From the NCBI GenBank assembly GCA_963724295.1, contig CAVRUC010000007.1, positions 672,001 through 736,000 on the forward strand: 64,000 nucleotides of DNA, in the 5' to 3' direction. A program made the position numbers and the translations under genes. Each line of letters opens with the position of its first letter. The first letter of the stretch is position 1. Source of the stretch: an uncultured Chloroflexia bacterium. GTDB lineage: Bacteria; Chloroflexota; Chloroflexia; Thermomicrobiales; UBA6265. Below, piece by piece: positions 56,935 to 64,000 of this stretch. The notes under the pieces are model-generated. The model was not told the DNA's origin. It was given only the letters and a program-made list of their open reading frames with translations, and made no database searches.

Positions 56935-58812
56935 ATGACCACCGGAAACGCCGTCGAAATCCCGACCGGCGAGGTCCCAACCCGGGACCAGATCGCCCTC
57001 GACGACACGTGGGACCTGAGCGGAATCTACCCTGAGGAGCGTGCCTGGGAAGGCGACGCGGATCGCATGTCCGCGTTGATCGAGGCCGTCGTCGACCACC
57101 GTGGCACGCTCGGCGAGTCAGCCGCCCGTCTACGCCAGGCACTCGACGACATCATGACCCTTCGCCAGACCCTGGAGCGGATTCGCGTCTACGCCTCACT
57201 GAGGCGTGACGAGAACCTCGCCAACAGCGAGGCACTGGCCCGCTACGAGCGGTCGGTGGCAATCGCGATCGAGGCAGGCGAAGCGCTCGCCTTCGTCGAG
57301 CCGGAGCTCCTCGGTTTGCCTCCCCAGCGATTGGACGACCTTCGCGCCGACCCGGTCCTCGCACCCTACCAGCACATGCTCGACGATCTGGCGCGCCGCC
57401 GGCCGCACGTGCGCTCCGCTGAGATCGAGCAGATTCTGGCCCAGGGCGCTGATGTGGCCCGCGCGCCATCGGACGCATTCACCGCACTCGACAATGCCGA
57501 CCTGGCCTTTGGCCGCGTGCGCGATGAGACTGGCAACGAGATCGAGCTGACGAAGGCGCGACACGCGCTTCTGTTGCGCTCGAAAGACCGGGAGACGCGT
57601 CGCCTGGCCTCTGAGACCTTCACAAAAGCCTATCTCGATCACCGGCACACGCTGGCAGCGCTGCACGGCGCCTCGGTGCGTGGCGACGTCTTTCAGGCCC
57701 GCGTGCGAAACCACCCCTCGGCCCGGGAAGCGGCGCTGTTCTGGGACAACGTCCCAACCGCGGTCTACGACACCCTCATTAGTTCGATTCGGGCGGCGCA
57801 GCCGGTTCTGGCGCGGTATCTGGAGCTGCGCAGGCAGGTGCTTGGTCTCGACGAGCTCGCCTCGTATGACCTCGTGGTGCCGTTGTCCCCTGAACCGGAG
57901 CAACGACACGACTATCGCGATGGCGTGGAGCTGGTGCTCGACGGTCTCGGTCTCCTTGGCGAGGACTACGTCGACGATCTGCGAGCCGGCTTTGCCCGGC
58001 GCTGGGTCGACGTGCACGAGACGAAGGGGAAGCGCTCAGGGGCGTATTCGTCGGGCGCCTATGCCGCTCCGCCCGTCATCCTGATGAACTGGAACGGCAC
58101 GATGAACGACGTGTTCACGCTCGCGCACGAGGCCGGCCATGCCATGCACAGCTTCTACGCCGACGCCAACCTCCCCTTCCACGAGGCCGGCTACCCGATA
58201 TTCCTCGCCGAGATCGCCTCAACCGTCAACGAGGTGCTGCTCACCTGGAGTCTGCTCGAGCAGACCGCCGAGGACGACGCCCTGGGCCGGTTCGCGATCC
58301 TCGACCGGTTCGCGGAGACCTATTTCGGCACCGTGGTGCGGCAGACGATGTTCGCGGAGTACGAGCAACGCGTGCACGCGATGGCGGAGTCCGGCAAGCC
58401 CCTCACGGTCGACGTCCTGAACGAGATCTACGGCGAGCTCTTTGAGACCTACCTGCCGGGCGTCACCATCGACGACGGCGTGCGGGTGAACTGGGCGCGC
58501 ATCCCGCACTTCTATCGCGCATTTTATGTCTATCAGTACGCAACGGGACTCTCCGCGGCAATCGCCATCGCCCGCGCCATTCGCGACGAAGGTGAGCCTG
58601 CCCGCGAGCGCTACCGCCGACTCCTGGCCTCCGGCGGTCGCGACTATCCGCTGGTGCTGCTCGCCGAAGCTGGCGTCGACCTGACCTCCCCTGCTCCGAT
58701 CGAGGCAGGGCTCGCCGAGTTCGAGGCCATCGTCTCCGAGATGGAGCAGATCGTTGCCTCCGGGGCAGTTCAGCAGCCGGCCTCGGTCAATCAAACGACG
58801 GACGTCGCATGA
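56935..58812 (+). CDS. pepF: Oligoendopeptidase F (M3B)
   Basis: TWDLS.IY, RWVD...KGKRSGAYS, TLAHEAGHAMH (HExxH), AEIAST and WARIPHFY..FYVYQYA. Confidence 0.92.
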   Translation: MTTGNAVEIPTGEVPTRDQIALDDTWDLSGIYPEERAWEGDADRMSALIEAVVDHRGTLGESAARLRQALDDIMTLRQTLERIRVYASLRRDENLANSEALARYERSVAIAIEAGEALAFVEPELLGLPPQRLDDLRADPVLAPYQHMLDDLARRRPHVRSAEIEQILAQGADVARAPSDAFTALDNADLAFGRVRDETGNEIELTKARHALLLRSKDRETRRLASETFTKAYLDHRHTLAALHGASVRGDVFQARVRNHPSAREAALFWDNVPTAVYDTLISSIRAAQPVLARYLELRRQVLGLDELASYDLVVPLSPEPEQRHDYRDGVELVLDGLGLLGEDYVDDLRAGFARRWVDVHETKGKRSGAYSSGAYAAPPVILMNWNGTMNDVFTLAHEAGHAMHSFYADANLPFHEAGYPIFLAEIASTVNEVLLTWSLLEQTAEDDALGRFAILDRFAETYFGTVVRQTMFAEYEQRVHAMAESGKPLTVDVLNEIYGELFETYLPGVTIDDGVRVNWARIPHFYRAFYVYQYATGLSAAIAIARAIRDEGEPARERYRRLLASGGRDYPLVLLAEAGVDLTSPAPIEAGLAEFEAIVSEMEQIVASGAVQQPASVNQTTDVA

Positions 58813-58829
58813 AGCGCCTCACGCACCAT

Positions 58830-60456
<1,627 letters not shown>

Positions 60457-60514
60457 TCAGCGCCGGAGTATAGGGCGCTGGTCGCGCACGTTTTGTTAGT
60501 CACCGCTCATCCCT

Positions 60515-60523
60515 TGGTATACT
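60515..60523 (+). promoter_or_regulatory. Extended -10 element for the pheST leader
   Basis: TG-g-TATACT about 25 nt upstream of T-box stem I. Confidence 0.55.
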
Positions 60524-60544
60524 GGCCAACGACATCGAGAGAGA

Positions 60545-60782
60545 TGGCGTTGACGGAGACGAGTACCCGCCGGCGCGCCAAACAGGGACGGCGGTCGAGA
60601 CTGAGAACCGCCGGGTGGCGCGGCGGAGAAATTCCCTCCCGAGCCGGACGGTGAACGCGCCGAGCGCGCTGCGTAGTCGTCCCCAGGCCCATGGTTAGCG
60701 GGCAGATTCGAGCGCGCCGGTTCGCCGGCGAAGCAGGGTGGTACCGCGTGGAGACCCCTCGTCCCTGCCGAGGGGTTTTTTC
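60545..60782 (+). ncRNA. Phe-specific T-box riboswitch (transcriptional attenuator)
   Basis: Stem I with AGTA (60562) and CTGAGA (60601), specifier GAAA-TTC (TTC at 60632-60634 = Phe), T-box AGGGTGGTACCGCG (60735-60748), and terminator ACCCCTCG-N7-CGAGGGGT-TTTTT. Confidence 0.92.
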
Positions 60783-60818
60783 ATGCCCGGAATCGGGCGG
60801 CGTAGGACAGATCGCGGA

Positions 60819-61862
60819 ATGACGGCGCAAGACACTATCGACGACATCCGAACCAGGGCAACGGCGCAACTCGACGCCGCCGCATCACTCGACGAGGTCG
60901 TCGCCTGGGAACGGGCATTTCTCGGTCCCAAGGGGGAGTTGACGCTCTTTCTGCGCGGTCTGGCCTCCCTGCCAGCCGATCAGCGGCCGATCGCCGGTCG
61001 CGGTGGCAACGCGCTCAAGAACGAGCTCACCGCCGCCTGGAACGCCCGGCATGCCGCGCTCGCGTCTGAGAATCTCGAGCAGCGTCTCGCCGCGGACGCC
61101 GTCGACGTGACCTTGCCCGGTCGTCCGCCAGTTCTCGGCGCTTCACATCCGGTCTCGCAGATGATCGACGAGCTGAGCGAGATCTTCGCCTTGCTCGGCT
61201 ACCAGACCGTGTTCGGTCCCGAAGTCGAGACCGCACATTACAACTTCGATCTCTTGAACATTCCGAGCGACCACCCGGCGCGTGACGTCTGGGACACCAT
61301 CCATGTCGATCTGCCGGGCGAGATCGTGCTCCGCACGCACACCTCACCCATGCAAGCGCGAGTCATGGAGCAGACGCAGCCACCCGTGCGCGTCGTCGTG
61401 CCCGGCCGGGTCTACCGCTACGAAGCGCAGGACGCATCACATGAATGGATGTTCCACCAACTGGAAGGGCTTGCGGTCGACCGGCAGATCACGATGGCCG
61501 ACCTGAAAGGGACCCTGGCCGAGATGGCCCGTCAGCTCTTTGGTCCGGAGCGGCGCATCCGGTTCCGTTGCGACTTCTTTCCGTTCGTCGAGCCGGGCGT
61601 CGACTTCGCGGTGGACTGCGCCATCTGTGGTGGCGCCGGCTGCCGGGTCTGCAAGGGCAGCGGCTGGCTGGAGATGGGTGGCGCCGGCATGGTCCATCCC
61701 AATGTCCTGCGCGCGGTTGGCTATGACCCGGATGTCTACAGCGGCTTTGCCTTCGGACTCGGCATCGAGCGTCTGACGATGATGCGTTCCGGCGTCGACG
61801 ACGTGCGCGCGTTTGCCGGCAACGATCTTCGCTTCCTCCGCCAGTTCGCCCGTGCCGCCTAG
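60819..61862 (+). CDS. pheS: Phenylalanine-tRNA ligase alpha subunit
   Basis: DVTLPG, NFDLLNIP.DHPARD, LRTHTSP, FHQLEG, FPFVEP, G.GMVHPNV and GFAFGLGIERL. Confidence 0.97.
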   Translation: MTAQDTIDDIRTRATAQLDAAASLDEVVAWERAFLGPKGELTLFLRGLASLPADQRPIAGRGGNALKNELTAAWNARHAALASENLEQRLAADAVDVTLPGRPPVLGASHPVSQMIDELSEIFALLGYQTVFGPEVETAHYNFDLLNIPSDHPARDVWDTIHVDLPGEIVLRTHTSPMQARVMEQTQPPVRVVVPGRVYRYEAQDASHEWMFHQLEGLAVDRQITMADLKGTLAEMARQLFGPERRIRFRCDFFPFVEPGVDFAVDCAICGGAGCRVCKGSGWLEMGGAGMVHPNVLRAVGYDPDVYSGFAFGLGIERLTMMRSGVDDVRAFAGNDLRFLRQFARAA

Positions 61863-61867
61863 GTGTG

Positions 61868-61900
61868 AGACGGCAAGACGGCAAGACGGCTAGTTGGCAA
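61868..61900. repeat. 8-bp tandem repeat in the pheS-pheT spacer
   Basis: agacggca agacggca agacggct agttggca. Confidence 0.6.
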
Positions 61901-61938
61901 GTGGAGACACGGTAGGTCTTGCTTGAGGACATGATCCA

Positions 61939-64000
61939 ATGAAAGTTCCCTTGCGCTGGCTCTCTGAATACGTGGACACCGGTTTGACGGTCGAGGAGCT
62001 TGCCCACCGCCTGACCATGGCCGGCCTGGAAGCCGAGAAGATCTCGGTCATCGGCGATGCGTGGGACAAGATCTACGTCGGTCACGTCGAAGCGGTGGAA
62101 CAGCACCCGGACGCGGACCGCCTGGTCCTGGCGACCGTCGATGCCGGGGAGCATCGACTTCAGGTCGTCACCGGAGCACCCAATATCGCTCAGGGGCAGA
62201 CGGTGGCGCTCGCACTGGCCGGGGCGAGACTGATCGACGGTCATGCCGATGGACAGGTCTACCGCACGCTGAAGCCGAGCGCGATCCGCGGCATCCGCTC
62301 GGAAGGGATGGTCTGCTCCGAGAAAGAGCTGGGACTCTCCGACGAGCACGAGGGGATCATGGTCCTCGAAGCCGAGGCGCCGAAAGGGGCGCCGCTGGCG
62401 GAGTGGCTCGGCGACACGGTGATCGAGTTCGAGATCACCCCGAACCTGGTCCATAACTTCTCGATCCTGGGCATCGCCCGTGAAGCCGGGGCGCTGACGG
62501 ACTGTCCGGTGACGACGCCTCCGACCTACGATCTCGCCGGTGCGCCATCCGGTCCGGCGGATCTGGTGACCGTCGCGGCGGCGGATCTTTGCGCTCGCTA
62601 CGTAGCGGTCGTTATCGAAGGCATCGAGGTCGGCCCATCGCCGGCATGGCTGCAACGGCGCCTTCTGGCGGCCGGGGTGCGCCCGATCAACACGATCGTC
62701 GACGCCACGAACTACGTCATGCTCGAGTATGGCCAGCCGCTGCATGCCTTCGACGCCGACCGCCTTCAGGATGGGCGGATCGTTGTGCGGCGGGCGCGGC
62801 CGGGCGAGACGCTGGAGACGCTCGATCATCAAGTGCGGAAACTCGACCAGGAGATGCTCGTCATTGCCGATACGCAGCGCGCGGTCGGTCTCGCCGGGAT
62901 CATGGGTGGGCTCGACAGCGAGGTGACCGACGAGACGCGACGCATCGTCCTGGAGTCGGCGAACTTCGACATGAAGTCCGTCCGCCGCACGGCGCGAGAG
63001 CTGAAGCTGCGGACCGATGCCTCGGCCCGTTTCGAGCGCGGTCTCGATCCGAATCTCGCGCGCGACGCCGCGGCGCGGGCGACCCGTCTCATTCTCGATC
63101 TCACGCCCGGGGCGACCGTGTCGGCCGTGGCCGACGTCTATCCGCAGCCACTGACGCCCTGGCCGCTATCGCTCCCGTTCGCGGAGATCGAGCGACTGCT
63201 TGGGGTCCGCTATGAGCCCGCCCAAGTGCTCGACGTGCTGCGGCGCCTCGGGTTTTCACCGGAGCTCGACGGCGAAGGAGACGCGGCAACTCTCCGCCTG
63301 GTCGTTCCGACCTGGCGCAGCGACGTCACGCTGCCGGCCGACGTCGTCGAGGAGGTGGCGCGCGTCATCGGGTACGAAACGCTGCCCGAGCGCCTGCCGA
63401 TCGGGCAAACCCCTCCGGTGCAGCGCGATCCGGTCTACGCCCTGCAGCGAACCGTGCGCTCGGTGCTCACGGGCGCCGGAGGCTGGGAGACGGTCACCTA
63501 TGTCGCCATCAGCGACGAGGACCTGCGTCGCCTTGACCCCGACGGCCGAGCAATCGGTCGGGGCCTATGCGGTCGATCTCTCGGCGCTGATCCGGTTGCG
63601 GAACCCACTTCAGGCGGACCGGGACGTGCTGCGGCCGACCCTGCTGCCAAGCCTCCTTGCCGTCGCCGCGGAAAACCTCAAGCACGAAGGCGGCGTGCGG
63701 CTCTTCGAGATGGCCCGTGTCTATCTTCCCTCCAGCGGCGAGCTGCCATGCGAGGCGAACGTATTGGGGATGGTGTTTGCCGGCCGGCGGGAGCCACTGG
63801 GGCGATTCAGTGCCGCGGACAACGGCGAGCTGGATTACTTCGATCTCAAAGGGACGCTCGAGGCGCTGATCGCGCGACTCGGCGTCGACGATAGCGAGTT
63901 CCGTCGCATCGAGTCCGCCGCACTCCATCCCGGCCGGGCGGCGGGGCTTTACGTGAACGGAGATCAGATCGGCATCCTCGGCGAGCTACGCCCCGACCGG
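61939..64000 (+). CDS. pheT: Phenylalanine-tRNA ligase beta subunit; frameshift near 63545, 3'-truncated by the window
   Basis: MKVPLRWL, HPDADRL, SEGMVCS, GQPLHAFD, TDASARFERG and EEVARVIGY, then after the shift RLRNPL....VLRPTLLPSLL, LFEMARVY, DYFDLKG and LHPGRAA. Confidence 0.95.

Overview
A high-GC bacterial chromosomal segment. Gene content and style suggest Chloroflexota, probably Thermomicrobiales; this is inferred, not verified. Housekeeping and metabolic genes flank a large surface-glycan locus at about 18.4-44.2 kb. They include miaA, an IscU/SufU protein, a GS-like ligase, an Orn/Lys/Arg decarboxylase, a methylmalonyl-CoA mutase subunit with its epimerase, mreD-mrdA, PMM/PGM, prmA, hyi with a tartronate semialdehyde reductase-family gene, hemH, pgi, pepF, eno and T-box-controlled pheS-pheT. 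The glycan locus encodes six sulfotransferase-family proteins (three as a tandem paralog array), four GT2 genes, two other glycosyltransferases, rmlC/rmlD, an RmlA-like transferase, Ugd and an APH-like kinase. An approximately 100-aa accessory module that I cannot assign to a named family (DxP...GW...RPDVA..YP...GF) recurs five times on both GT2s and sulfotransferases. One sulfotransferase carries a long coiled coil, reminiscent of the chain terminator WbdD. Just upstream is a monocistronic 86-aa Gly/Ala/Asn-rich repeat protein with strong expression signals. Together these are the best candidate for an undescribed system: a sulfated envelope glycan, possibly paired with a fibre- or amyloid-like protein. 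About 13 reading-frame breaks occur, including in eno and pheT, and most look like long-read assembly errors. I found no rRNA, tRNA, CRISPR array, transposase or prophage.
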